A program made the position numbers and the translations under genes. Below are positions 19,623 to 29,104 of a stretch of DNA of 64,000 bases, piece after piece. Position 1 is the first letter of the stretch. The number at the start of each line of letters is the position of its first letter. The notes beneath the pieces are model-generated. The model was not told where the DNA came from. It searched no databases and saw nothing but the letters and a program-made list of their open reading frames with translations. Origin of the DNA: an uncultured Bacilli bacterium (lineage in GTDB: Bacteria > Bacillota_I > Bacilli_A > RF39 > UBA660); assembly GCA_944359625.1 (NCBI GenBank), contig CALVSW010000004.1:30000-93999 (forward strand), given 5' to 3'.

Positions 19623-20941
19623 GTAAAACCAAGTGATTCTATTTCATAATTTAGAACATCTTTACTAGTATCCTTTTTATAATAAAATGGATCTTCAGTA
19701 GTTAAATCAACATCAGTCGTATAATTAATATTAGCTGTATAAGTAAAACCAGTATCAATCGCAAGAACACTAGCAGTTGCTACATCACTTTCATCAATTT
19801 TCATAGCCTTAGCTTGATAATTTAGGAAATTAACTGTATAGCTATTATCATCAACACGTGTATAATTATAAACATCTTTAATATTAACTAATTTATTATC
19901 TTGAAATGTATAAGTTAGTGTACGATTAGGAGCTTCACATGTAATTACGGTTCCTAATTCTGAAATTGGATAATCAGATACGCTTCTATTTATTACTTGA
20001 AAGGAATTTGCATTATTATAAACAGTTTCATTAATTGGGCTTTGTAATGTAGTATTAGCACCACCACCTAAATTATCAATGTTAATTAATGCCCGACCTA
20101 AATAAGTATTATCTTGATAAAAATCTATATAAATACGATTAGTAGCAAAATCAAAGCTATTTTGAATATCAGTATTTTTAAGTGTGTAATTAAAATAATA
20201 GATATTATCAGCTAATGTTTTAGAAACATTACTAATTTCTAAATTTTCATATTTAGCAATAATAGTAGGATCTATTAAATATGTTTGAATAACTGGTTCT
20301 TCATCCACTGGTTCTTCATCTTCAGAATCATCTGGTTGTGGTGGTGTTGGTATTTCTTCAAAAACATCTGAATTATCACTAATATGTAATTTATCTAATA
20401 AATCACTAAAATATGGTGTTATTTCAGGAACAAAAAAGATTGTACCGATTAAAACTGTAAATAAAATTAACATAGCAACAGGACTTTTTTGTTTATCTTT
20501 CTTAATTGTTCCAATACTTTTACTTTCTAAAATAGAAACTTCTGGAGTAGATGGTGGAACACTTTGTTGTTGGGAATTTGCTACCTGCTGTTGATTTACA
20601 CTATTTTGATTTACTGCTTGGCCAGCTTGTATTGTAGATTGGGTTGAAGCAGCCATTCCATTACTTAAAGTATTATGTTCATTTAATTGCTTATTAACAT
20701 CTATTTGATTAAAAAAAGTATTATGAGCTCCCTCTTGTTGTGTACTTTTTAAAGTAGGTATATCAGGTTGCTCTAAAACTTGCTTTTTTTCTTCACCAAG
20801 ATTACCAACTATTTTAGGTGTATCTAAGGCCTCAATTGGTTTATTATTTTCTTCTTGAACTTCTTGCTTTTCTTTTGGTGTCTCTATTTTACGACCCCAT
20901 ATATCTGTATTTATATTATCACTAGGATTATTGTTATTCAT
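19613..20941 (-). CDS. Membrane-anchored hypothetical protein (442 aa)
   Basis: Q/N-rich N-terminal region, single TM (VAMLILFTVLIGTIFFV) and a large extracytoplasmic domain. Confidence 0.45.
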   Translation of the reverse strand: MNNNNPSDNINTDIWGRKIETPKEKQEVQEENNKPIEALDTPKIVGNLGEEKKQVLEQPDIPTLKSTQQEGAHNTFFNQIDVNKQLNEHNTLSNGMAASTQSTIQAGQAVNQNSVNQQQVANSQQQSVPPSTPEVSILESKSIGTIKKDKQKSPVAMLILFTVLIGTIFFVPEITPYFSDLLDKLHISDNSDVFEEIPTPPQPDDSEDEEPVDEEPVIQTYLIDPTIIAKYENLEISNVSKTLADNIYYFNYTLKNTDIQNSFDFATNRIYIDFYQDNTYLGRALINIDNLGGGANTTLQSPINETVYNNANSFQVINRSVSDYPISELGTVITCEAPNRTLTYTFQDNKLVNIKDVYNYTRVDDNSYTVNFLNYQAKAMKIDESDVATASVLAIDTGFTYTANINYTTDVDLTTEDPFYYKKDTSKDVLNYEIESLGFTCH

Positions 20942-21037
20942 ATTATCCCTCTTTTTCTTATACTCTAATTATACCAAGTTTTAATAAGCTTTGTAAATAT
21001 TAGAACAAAATAAAACTTCTAAAGTAATAATTAGAAG

Positions 21038-21388
21038 TTAGTCTTTTGCTTTACAAAATAAAGTTATAAAAAAGGCAAATATAATAGCACTACATATTCC
21101 TGCTGATGTAGTCGATAATAAATTACTAAATAAGCCTAAAGCACCCTTAGTATAATAACCTTCAATACAGGCTTTATATAATAAATTACCAAATGATGTT
21201 ATTGGTACACTACTAGCTACCCCTGCCCATTCAGTAAAATAATCATAAATTCCAAAAAAGGATAATATTGCTCCAAGAACAACAAATAAGGATGTAATAT
21301 GTCCTGCTGTTAATTTCGTATTATCAAGAATTAATTCTCCAAGTAAACAAATAATACCACAAAAAATAGCTCCATTAAGATAAATCAT
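21038..21388 (-). CDS. spoVAEb: Stage V sporulation protein AEb-like membrane protein
   Basis: 116-aa small membrane protein directly downstream of spoVAD; paralogous in style to SpoVAC. Confidence 0.6.
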   Translation of the reverse strand: MIYLNGAIFCGIICLLGELILDNTKLTAGHITSLFVVLGAILSFFGIYDYFTEWAGVASSVPITSFGNLLYKACIEGYYTKGALGLFSNLLSTTSAGICSAIIFAFFITLFCKAKD

Positions 21389-22355
21389 CTTCCACCTCCA
21401 AACTTATAGCATGACAAATTGCGGGAATAGTTTTTTTCTGATTAACTAATGTTGTTGAATGTAATGATCCCGTTGCTAATAATAAAATACGATGATACTT
21501 CTTAGTTTTTAATATTTTATTGAAAACAACTAAAGGTAATGTAACTGGTCCCGAAGAACCCGCTATAGCAAATTCTTCTTCTTTAAAAAGAAGTGAACCA
21601 GCATCAATATAATTATCTAATTTAATATTATTTTCTTTTAATAATTCTTTAAATATTTTAGAACCTACTCTTCCTAAATCACCAGTAATTATTAAATCAT
21701 AATAATTAGAATCTATTTTAAAATCTTCTAAATGTTTTTTTAAAGTAGTAAAAGCTGCTGGAGCCATTACTGCGCCCATATTAAGACAATCACTAATACC
21801 ATAATCAACAACTTCGCCAATAGTAGCACTAGTAACTTTAATATTACTTTCTTTATTACTTAGATAAACTCCTACTGCTCCAGTAGCTGTTAAAGTACTT
21901 CTTTTTATCTTAGGTGCACCATATTCGATTGGATAACGAAATTGTCTTTCAGCAACATTAATATGACTACTAGTTAGACTAATAGCGTTTTTAATCTTTT
22001 TACTATCAATCATATTAGAAGCAATTATTAAACTTTCGTTAAAAGAAGCACAAGCACTATAGCATCCTAAATAAGGTATTTGATACTTTGCCATTACATC
22101 ATTAGATATTGCTAGTTGATTAGATAACTCCCCTGCTACTACTAAATCCACTTTAGTTTCTATTTTATTTTTAGATATTATATTATCTAAACAAGCTTGT
22201 TGCATTTTTTCTTCAGCATCTTCAAATGTTTTCATTCCAAAATAGTAGTCAGTAATTACTTGATCATAATTTTTAATACTACCCTTTATTTCATTTGGTC
22301 CTGCTATCGAATAAGTGTCTAATATATATACATTTTTAAATTTAAAACTAGCCAT
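21375..22355 (-). CDS. spoVAD: Stage V sporulation protein AD
   Basis: Blocks LTSSHINVAERQFRYPIEYG, DYDLIITGDL and IPAICHAIS align with B. subtilis SpoVAD as I recall it (thiolase-like fold). Confidence 0.8.
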   Translation of the reverse strand: MASFKFKNVYILDTYSIAGPNEIKGSIKNYDQVITDYYFGMKTFEDAEEKMQQACLDNIISKNKIETKVDLVVAGELSNQLAISNDVMAKYQIPYLGCYSACASFNESLIIASNMIDSKKIKNAISLTSSHINVAERQFRYPIEYGAPKIKRSTLTATGAVGVYLSNKESNIKVTSATIGEVVDYGISDCLNMGAVMAPAAFTTLKKHLEDFKIDSNYYDLIITGDLGRVGSKIFKELLKENNIKLDNYIDAGSLLFKEEEFAIAGSSGPVTLPLVVFNKILKTKKYHRILLLATGSLHSTTLVNQKKTIPAICHAISLEVEDDLS

Positions 22356-22782
22356 ATAAAACCACCTTAATAACGGCTAAGATAAATGCTGATACAATAC
22401 CATATAAAATAACTGAACCTGCTAGTTTAAAGACATTAGCACCTAATCCTGTAATTAAACCATCTTTTTTATAATCTAGGGCACTTGATGTAACTGAATG
22501 AGCAAAACCAGTAATTGGAATAATTAAGCCGCAGCGTACTTTAGCAACCCAATTATCAAAAAAACCTAATCCTGTAAATAGACTTGCTAAAAATATTAAG
22601 ATAATAATGGTCCAGACATTTGCTTCTTTATCACCAATATTATAACTAGTTAATATTTGAAAGATAATAATAGATATTATTCCTATTAAAGCACCAGTTA
22701 TAAAAGCCATTAAAGCATTTTTAAGTCTTTCTTCACTAGGAGTATACTTCTTTACTAATAATTTATAATCATCTTTATTCAT
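22348..22782 (-). CDS. spoVAC: Stage V sporulation protein AC-like membrane protein
   Basis: 144-aa, 4-TM protein immediately upstream of and overlapping spoVAD, the conserved spoVAC-AD-AEb order. Confidence 0.65.
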   Translation of the reverse strand: MNKDDYKLLVKKYTPSEERLKNALMAFITGALIGIISIIIFQILTSYNIGDKEANVWTIIILIFLASLFTGLGFFDNWVAKVRCGLIIPITGFAHSVTSSALDYKKDGLITGLGANVFKLAGSVILYGIVSAFILAVIKVVLYG

Positions 22783-22831
22783 AAAAAATCCTCCATAGTT
22801 ATTATGAAGGATTATTTTATTTTTTATTCAA

Positions 22832-23473
22832 TTAATGTAAATGTTGATATAAATCATTTAAACTTTTTTTCTCATACCTTGATACCATTACTTGTGTAAG
22901 TTTTAATTTCTTAGCAACTTCTTGTTGGGTATAATCATTAAAATATCGTAATTTTATAATACTTTTATAAGGTTCTTCTAAATTATCTACTGACCATTTT
23001 AAATCTAAATAATCTAGTTTATTTTCTTTATCATCTTTAATCGTATTATATAAAGAACTATCATTATCTGATTCACTATCTAAACTTAAAATACTATATG
23101 TAGAACTTATAGCCATATTTATTAAATTAGGATCAATATTTAAATACTTAGCTATTTCTAAAGTAGTTGGTACTTTTCCTAAGCTTTGGGTTAAATAAAC
23201 ATTAGTCTTTTCAATTAACTTAGTTAATTTTAATAAATCTCTATTTTGTTTTAAAGCTTTAGCAGATAACATATAATTATACATTTCGCCAAATATATAT
23301 TTATAGGCATAAGAAGAAAACTTTGTTTTACCATCACTTTTATAATTCTTATAAGCTTGAATTAATCCTAATACACCTGCTTGATATAAATCATTATATT
23401 CTACACCATAAAAATTACTAGCAATACTCTTTATTAAAGGTTTAAATTCTTCGATAGGTATATCAATATTCAT
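22832..23473 (-). CDS. Sigma-70 family sigma factor (sporulation-type, SigF/SigG-like by position)
   Basis: Region 2 (YNDLYQAGVLGLIQAYKNY) and region 4 HTH (YTQQEVAKKLKLTQVMVSRYEKKSL). Probable start ATG 23473 (MNIDIPIEE) with AGGAGG RBS; the ORF-track 5' extension to 23536 is likely spurious. Sits directly upstream of spoVAC. Confidence 0.65.
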   Translation of the reverse strand: MNIDIPIEEFKPLIKSIASNFYGVEYNDLYQAGVLGLIQAYKNYKSDGKTKFSSYAYKYIFGEMYNYMLSAKALKQNRDLLKLTKLIEKTNVYLTQSLGKVPTTLEIAKYLNIDPNLINMAISSTYSILSLDSESDNDSSLYNTIKDDKENKLDYLDLKWSVDNLEEPYKSIIKLRYFNDYTQQEVAKKLKLTQVMVSRYEKKSLNDLYQHLH

Positions 23474-23567
23474 GATATCTATCCTCCTTACCCGTAATAT
23501 AGAATACTTTTTTTTAAATTTAAACAATTTCGACAAAACTTCTTAATATATCTTTATTAATTGACAA

Positions 23568-24743
23568 TTAAAACTTTGTTCCTTTGACACCTTTAGTACC
23601 ATTAAAGTTACTTAAAATATTACTATCAAAAGAATTTATTTTTTTCTGCTTATATTGATAATTACGAATTCCAATTTTAATTAATTCATCTAATAATTCC
23701 GAATACTTTTTATTACTTAGTTCCCATAAATAGAAAGATAAAGACCCAGGACAAGTATTAATTTCATTAATATAAACTTTTTTAATTTCATTATCGATTA
23801 AAAAATCTATTCTAACTACTCCCGAATTTCCTAATGCTAAAAAAGCTTTTTTAGCAATATCAACTATTTCTTCTTGCATTTTTTTAGAAATATCAGCAGG
23901 AATTTTTCTAGAACTACCAGACATACCCTTAGTTTTATTACCATTTAAATATTTATCATCAAAAGTTAATATATGATGACTATTATTTACCTCTTCAATT
24001 AAAGAAGTATCAATACTTTGATAATTTCCTAAAACAGATATATTAACTTCTTTTAAATCAGTAAGACATTTTTCTACTAATATCTTTTTATCATAATTAA
24101 TAGCTTCTTTAATAGCTTTTTGTAGTTCATCTTCATTTTTAGCTACGGCAATACCAATACTACTACCTAGATTAGCTGGTTTAACAATTACTGGATAACC
24201 TAATTGATTAATCTTTTTTAAATATTCTTCGCTATCATTATTATATTCATAATCATAAAACCATATATATGGTAATATCGGTAATTTATTAACTTCATAA
24301 ATAGCTTTTTGTGCAACTTTATCTTGTCCTAAAGCACTTGCTAAAACATCACTACCAACATAAGGAACATTAATTGTTTCTAAATAACCTTGAAGTTTAC
24401 CATCTTCAACATTAGTACCATGGACAATAGGAAATATTATATCAATTTCATATTTATATCGTTTAAATAAACCAGTTGTTTGTAAGTAAAACTTATTTTC
24501 TTTATTTACTAAAATACATTCATTAGTAAATCTTTTTAATTCATCCATATCTTTATAAATATTAATATCTTTTAATATTTCACCTGTATGCCATACTCCC
24601 TTTTTATCTATATAAATAGGTATTATTTCATACTTATTTAAATCCATATTCTTGATTGCTTGAAGTGCTGAAATAATACTTACTTCATGTTCAACACTAA
24701 CACCACCAAATAATACACCAACTTTTATTTTCATAATAATCAC
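23568..24743 (-). CDS. ddl: D-alanine--D-alanine ligase
   Basis: N-terminal KVGVLFGGVSVEHEVSIISA and ATP-grasp body. Adjacent to murF as in many Firmicutes. Confidence 0.85.
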   Translation of the reverse strand: MIIMKIKVGVLFGGVSVEHEVSIISALQAIKNMDLNKYEIIPIYIDKKGVWHTGEILKDINIYKDMDELKRFTNECILVNKENKFYLQTTGLFKRYKYEIDIIFPIVHGTNVEDGKLQGYLETINVPYVGSDVLASALGQDKVAQKAIYEVNKLPILPYIWFYDYEYNNDSEEYLKKINQLGYPVIVKPANLGSSIGIAVAKNEDELQKAIKEAINYDKKILVEKCLTDLKEVNISVLGNYQSIDTSLIEEVNNSHHILTFDDKYLNGNKTKGMSGSSRKIPADISKKMQEEIVDIAKKAFLALGNSGVVRIDFLIDNEIKKVYINEINTCPGSLSFYLWELSNKKYSELLDELIKIGIRNYQYKQKKINSFDSNILSNFNGTKGVKGTKF

Positions 24744-24749
24744 TACTTT

Positions 24750-26345
24750 CTATTCATTATATGTATCAGGTAAATCATTTTCATATAAAGCATAAATATC
24801 TTTTTTTAAATTTAATTTAGCTATTAAAAGATAAGTACTACGAACATCGTTAGTAACAATAATATTTTCTTTTTTATATTTAGCTTCTATTAAACCATCA
24901 TAAATTGGTTTAGTTTGTTTTTCACCTACTAAAATAACCATATCAGCTACTTTAGCTATTTCTTGACCAAATTCTTTATTATATTTTTCTTCTTCTTTAC
25001 CTAATTCAACCATTCCTGGAGTAACTACAATTTTAGCCCCAGGCATCATATCTAATACTTCTAAAGCTACTTTAGCTCCTACGGGATTAGAATTGTAAGC
25101 ATCATCAATTTGATAAAAATTACCTATTCTTTTTAATTCTAGACGATGTTCTACCGGTTTTATATTATTAACTGCTTCAATTAATTTAGGTATTGGAATC
25201 CCAAATGTATAACCTACCGCTATTCCCGCTATAATATTACTTATATTATGTCTTCCTAATAACTTAGTAGTAAACTTATAACTTTGTTTTAAATCTTTAA
25301 AAACTACTTCAAAAGTTGAACCAGTATTACTACAAGTAATATTTTTAGCATAAAAATCAGCATCTTTATTATTTAAAGCATACCATACAACTTTAACCTT
25401 ATTTTTTAAATGATAATTTACTTGAAATTTATCATCTTTATTTAGAAAAGCTATGCCATCTTTAGGTAAACTTTCAATAAGTTCAAATTTAGTTTTAACT
25501 ATATTTTCTTGCGAACCAAATGTTTCTAAATGAGCTTGACCAATCGTCGTTAATAATCCATATTTAGGTGATACTAAATTACAAGCATTTTTAATCCTAC
25601 CTACTCTATAAGCTCCCATTTCCGCAATGAATATTTCATCAAAAACAGTTAAATCATTATTAATAGTAGTCATTAAACCTACATCAGTATTAAAGTTTTT
25701 AGGTGTAGGATGAGTAATATATTTAATACTTAATATTTCATTTAAAACATTCTTAGTACTAGTTTTACCATAAGAACCTGTTATACCTATTGTTACTAAA
25801 TTATTTAAAGAATGTAACTTATTAACAGCTTGATGCCAAAACTTTTTATATATTAATCTTTCAATAGGATTATTAATAACTTTAACTATATAAACAATAA
25901 AATAATTTAGAATTAATAAAACAATAGCTATAAGTAAGAAGATATTTCCTAAATGAGAATTAAATGTATAAAATATAAATGGTAATAAATTAAGAATATA
26001 TAAAGTTAACATTTGTCTTTTAACTCTAGCTGTTTTTACTAATGGTTTTTTAGCTTTTTCAAGCATAGTAGTATATTTTATAACTTCGGAATCAATTAAT
26101 AATATAAATATACTAATAATAATTAAAACATAAGAAATAAAATTATTTAAGATAGCAGCTACTAATATTAAGAAACCGGCTAATAAATCATAATGATAAA
26201 AAGCACTTTTTAAATTATGTTTTAACCATTTTAAATAACGATTATTTTCATTATAAAGATTTTGCTGTAACATATGTAATGATTTACGTGATTTTATTGT
26301 AACTACATAAAAAATTACTACAAAAGCTAATAAATAAACTAACAT
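24750..26345 (-). CDS. murF: Mur ligase (MurF-like) with an unusual N-terminal polytopic membrane domain
   Basis: GITGSYGKTSTK P-loop and the Mur ligase central and C-terminal domains. Roughly 190 aa precede the P-loop and contain about four predicted TM helices, in place of the usual soluble MurF domain 1. Confidence 0.65.
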   Translation of the reverse strand: MLVYLLAFVVIFYVVTIKSRKSLHMLQQNLYNENNRYLKWLKHNLKSAFYHYDLLAGFLILVAAILNNFISYVLIIISIFILLIDSEVIKYTTMLEKAKKPLVKTARVKRQMLTLYILNLLPFIFYTFNSHLGNIFLLIAIVLLILNYFIVYIVKVINNPIERLIYKKFWHQAVNKLHSLNNLVTIGITGSYGKTSTKNVLNEILSIKYITHPTPKNFNTDVGLMTTINNDLTVFDEIFIAEMGAYRVGRIKNACNLVSPKYGLLTTIGQAHLETFGSQENIVKTKFELIESLPKDGIAFLNKDDKFQVNYHLKNKVKVVWYALNNKDADFYAKNITCSNTGSTFEVVFKDLKQSYKFTTKLLGRHNISNIIAGIAVGYTFGIPIPKLIEAVNNIKPVEHRLELKRIGNFYQIDDAYNSNPVGAKVALEVLDMMPGAKIVVTPGMVELGKEEEKYNKEFGQEIAKVADMVILVGEKQTKPIYDGLIEAKYKKENIIVTNDVRSTYLLIAKLNLKKDIYALYENDLPDTYNE

Positions 26346-26346
26346 A

Positions 26347-27081
26347 TTAATTACCTCCTATAAAACTTTTAATAATTTTTATAACATAGTCTAAATGTTC
26401 TAAATATGCATAATGTGATGCTCCATCTATTTTAATTAAAGCACCATCACTTAATAATTTTTCAAGCTTTTCGGCATCAGCAAGTGGTGCTTGGGTATCA
26501 TTTGTTCCCCAAATTAAGATTGTCGGTACCTTAATTTTTTTAGCACACTCTGATAAGTCTTCATTTATTGTCTTTACAAGAATACCTCGCATTATAGGAG
26601 TAGCTTTCTTATAATCAGTGGAACCAATATAATTTTTAGCAACTTCTACTAACATTTTCGTACCGGGTATTTTTTTAATAGTTTTTAATATCTTTTCCTT
26701 AGTACTAGGTTTTCTATCTCTTACACATGGTGCTCCAAATAAAATTAGTTTTTCAACATCATATTTACTAGCATATATTATACCTATTCTTCCCCCAAAA
26801 GAATGTCCTATAATAATCGGTTTTTTTAAACCTAATTTTTTGACAAATTCATGAATAATTTCTGTATATTCATATATATCATAAGATGTAATAGGTTCAC
26901 TAGAACTACCAAAGCCAGGTAAGTCTAAAATAGTTATTCTAAAATTATCTAATTTTTTACCAATTGGTAACATCATTTCTTTATTTTGACCCCAACCATG
27001 TAATAATAAAATATCTTTTCCACTACCAAACATAATATAAGAAATATTTATATCTTTTATAACTATATTCATAAAGCACAT
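26347..27081 (-). CDS. Alpha/beta hydrolase-fold protein
   Basis: HGWG ... GHSFGG nucleophile elbow. Confidence 0.7.
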   Translation of the reverse strand: MCFMNIVIKDINISYIMFGSGKDILLLHGWGQNKEMMLPIGKKLDNFRITILDLPGFGSSSEPITSYDIYEYTEIIHEFVKKLGLKKPIIIGHSFGGRIGIIYASKYDVEKLILFGAPCVRDRKPSTKEKILKTIKKIPGTKMLVEVAKNYIGSTDYKKATPIMRGILVKTINEDLSECAKKIKVPTILIWGTNDTQAPLADAEKLEKLLSDGALIKIDGASHYAYLEHLDYVIKIIKSFIGGN

Positions 27082-27141
27082 CCTTGCTTACTAATTATAT
27101 CATAATAAGTCTTAATTAATTAATAAAATGCGTTAAAAAAA

Positions 27142-27993
27142 CTATTTAGACTCGATATATTCTTCGACTTCTAAAATAGTTTTATTAAAATCATTATAAC
27201 ATGTATTAAACCACTTTACGTTCATTTGATGATTAAACCAAGTATATTGTCTTTTTGCATAATGACGTGAATTTTTCTTTATTAAATCAATTGCATCATC
27301 TAACGTAATTTTACCATCTAAATAAGAATATATCTCTTTATAACCAATACCTGTAAGTAATGCTTTACTACGAATATTTGAATTATAAAACTTCTTCACT
27401 TCATTAACCAAACCTAATTCAAGCATTTTATAAACACGTTCATTTATTTTTTTATATAATGTTTCTCTATCAGTAGTTAAACCAATAACTTTAATATCAT
27501 ATAAAGGTTTTGGTTCAACATTTATTATATCTTTTTTATTTAAAAAACGAATTAAACGTTTACGATTATTTACATGGATATTACAATTCTTATCTTTTTT
27601 TAAACACATATCATATAATTCTTCATTAGTATATTCATCATAAGTTTTATTATCATCATCAATACTAAAGCGATAATCATATAAAGCAGCTTTTAAATAT
27701 AACCCAGTTCCTCCTACAAAGATTATATTATGATCTTTATATTCTTTTAAAATATTTCTGGCATCTTTTTGATAATCAAAGACAGTATAATTATAATTTA
27801 CATCAACAAAATCTAATAGTTTATGAGGAATCCCTTCCATCTCTTCCTTAGTTACTTTAGCAGTACCAATATCTAATCCTTTATATACTTGCATAGCATC
27901 ACAATTAATTATAATTGCATTATACTTTTTAGCTAACTCAATTGATAATTTAGTTTTGCCAACTGCTGTTGGTCCTACTACACATAAAATCAT
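27142..27993 (-). CDS. miaA: tRNA dimethylallyltransferase
   Basis: ILCVVGPTAVGKTKLSIELAK...AIIINCDAMQVYKGLDIGTAK is the typical MiaA N-terminus. Confidence 0.85.
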   Translation of the reverse strand: MILCVVGPTAVGKTKLSIELAKKYNAIIINCDAMQVYKGLDIGTAKVTKEEMEGIPHKLLDFVDVNYNYTVFDYQKDARNILKEYKDHNIIFVGGTGLYLKAALYDYRFSIDDDNKTYDEYTNEELYDMCLKKDKNCNIHVNNRKRLIRFLNKKDIINVEPKPLYDIKVIGLTTDRETLYKKINERVYKMLELGLVNEVKKFYNSNIRSKALLTGIGYKEIYSYLDGKITLDDAIDLIKKNSRHYAKRQYTWFNHQMNVKWFNTCYNDFNKTILEVEEYIESK

Positions 27994-27995
27994 AT

Positions 27996-28988
27996 TTACC
28001 TCGTTAATCCTAATACTTTCTTAAAATCTTTAGTATCTTCATTATTATTTTTTAAATACTGTTTTAAAAAATATACTTTATCTAAATTAGTATTAAATAT
28101 TAAATCACAAAATTCTAAAGCATTATCTAGATGAATCATATTATAATTAGAAAAATATAAATAATTTTTAGTATTTATTCTTCTTCTATTTAAAATTATA
28201 TCATAATTAAATCTATCACTTGTAACATAATATAACATTTTCATAAATAAATTAATATTATTTTGCCATATTACAGGGTTAAGAGTACCATTAGGATTAC
28301 GAAATTCAATCGTATTATTAAATCTATATACTCCTAATAAAGAACATTTTTCAAAACTAACAGCATTATTATCCATCTTTCTTAATTCATTAAATACTTG
28401 AAGAAAAGTACTTTCTTTTCTAACACTTAATAAATTATAATATTCATTAAAATCAAAATTGCATTGTAAGGCATAATCATTAATACCACTACGGGTTATT
28501 GAATATTCACCGTTACAAAACCTATAAATAACATCTTCATATGTTGCCCATAGCAATAAAAAACGGGAAAATATTTCCCAATTATTTGGCAATATTTGAG
28601 CCCCAACATGAACATGGGCGGCACATTTATCATTTATACTGCTATAATTTTTTAAAATATTACATACTCTTTTAATAGCTAACCAAGAATCTTTGTCATC
28701 TGATAATGCAGGAGAAGTAAATTCTAGTCCATCATCTAAACTAGAATCTTCTTTTTTGATCCACCCTTCATCTTCATAAATAGCAAATGCACTAAATATA
28801 TCATTATAATCGATAATATCTTCTGTTTCTATTTCGATTCCAAATGTATCTTTAGATTCTAAATTAAGAGTCTTGCGATATTCTAATAAATATAAATTTA
28901 AATAATATATAATTTCTTCTAAATCTTTTTTAGATAATTTAGAAAATAATAAATTTTCTTCTTTATTAATAAAATCAAATATTTCCAT
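27996..28988 (-). CDS. Hypothetical protein, possibly carboxylate-amine ligase/amidoligase-like
   Basis: Contains CAAHVHVG, reminiscent of GCS2/amidoligase metal-binding blocks. Weak assignment. Confidence 0.3.
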   Translation of the reverse strand: MEIFDFINKEENLLFSKLSKKDLEEIIYYLNLYLLEYRKTLNLESKDTFGIEIETEDIIDYNDIFSAFAIYEDEGWIKKEDSSLDDGLEFTSPALSDDKDSWLAIKRVCNILKNYSSINDKCAAHVHVGAQILPNNWEIFSRFLLLWATYEDVIYRFCNGEYSITRSGINDYALQCNFDFNEYYNLLSVRKESTFLQVFNELRKMDNNAVSFEKCSLLGVYRFNNTIEFRNPNGTLNPVIWQNNINLFMKMLYYVTSDRFNYDIILNRRRINTKNYLYFSNYNMIHLDNALEFCDLIFNTNLDKVYFLKQYLKNNNEDTKDFKKVLGLTR

Positions 28989-29104
28989 AATTACTCCTAA
29001 ATAACTAAAAGTAATTGCTATTATACTCTTTTTTTATTAATAATTATATATATGTCCTAATATTACCTATTTTACTTTACATATTATTTACTATAATTAA
29101 AATA

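Noticed and set aside
23474-23536. N-terminal extension of the sigma-factor ORF (MSKLFKFKKKYSILRVRRIDI)
   Set aside because: The internal ATG at 23473 is preceded by a perfect AGGAGG RBS. The extension is basic and low-complexity and unlike sigma-factor N-termini.
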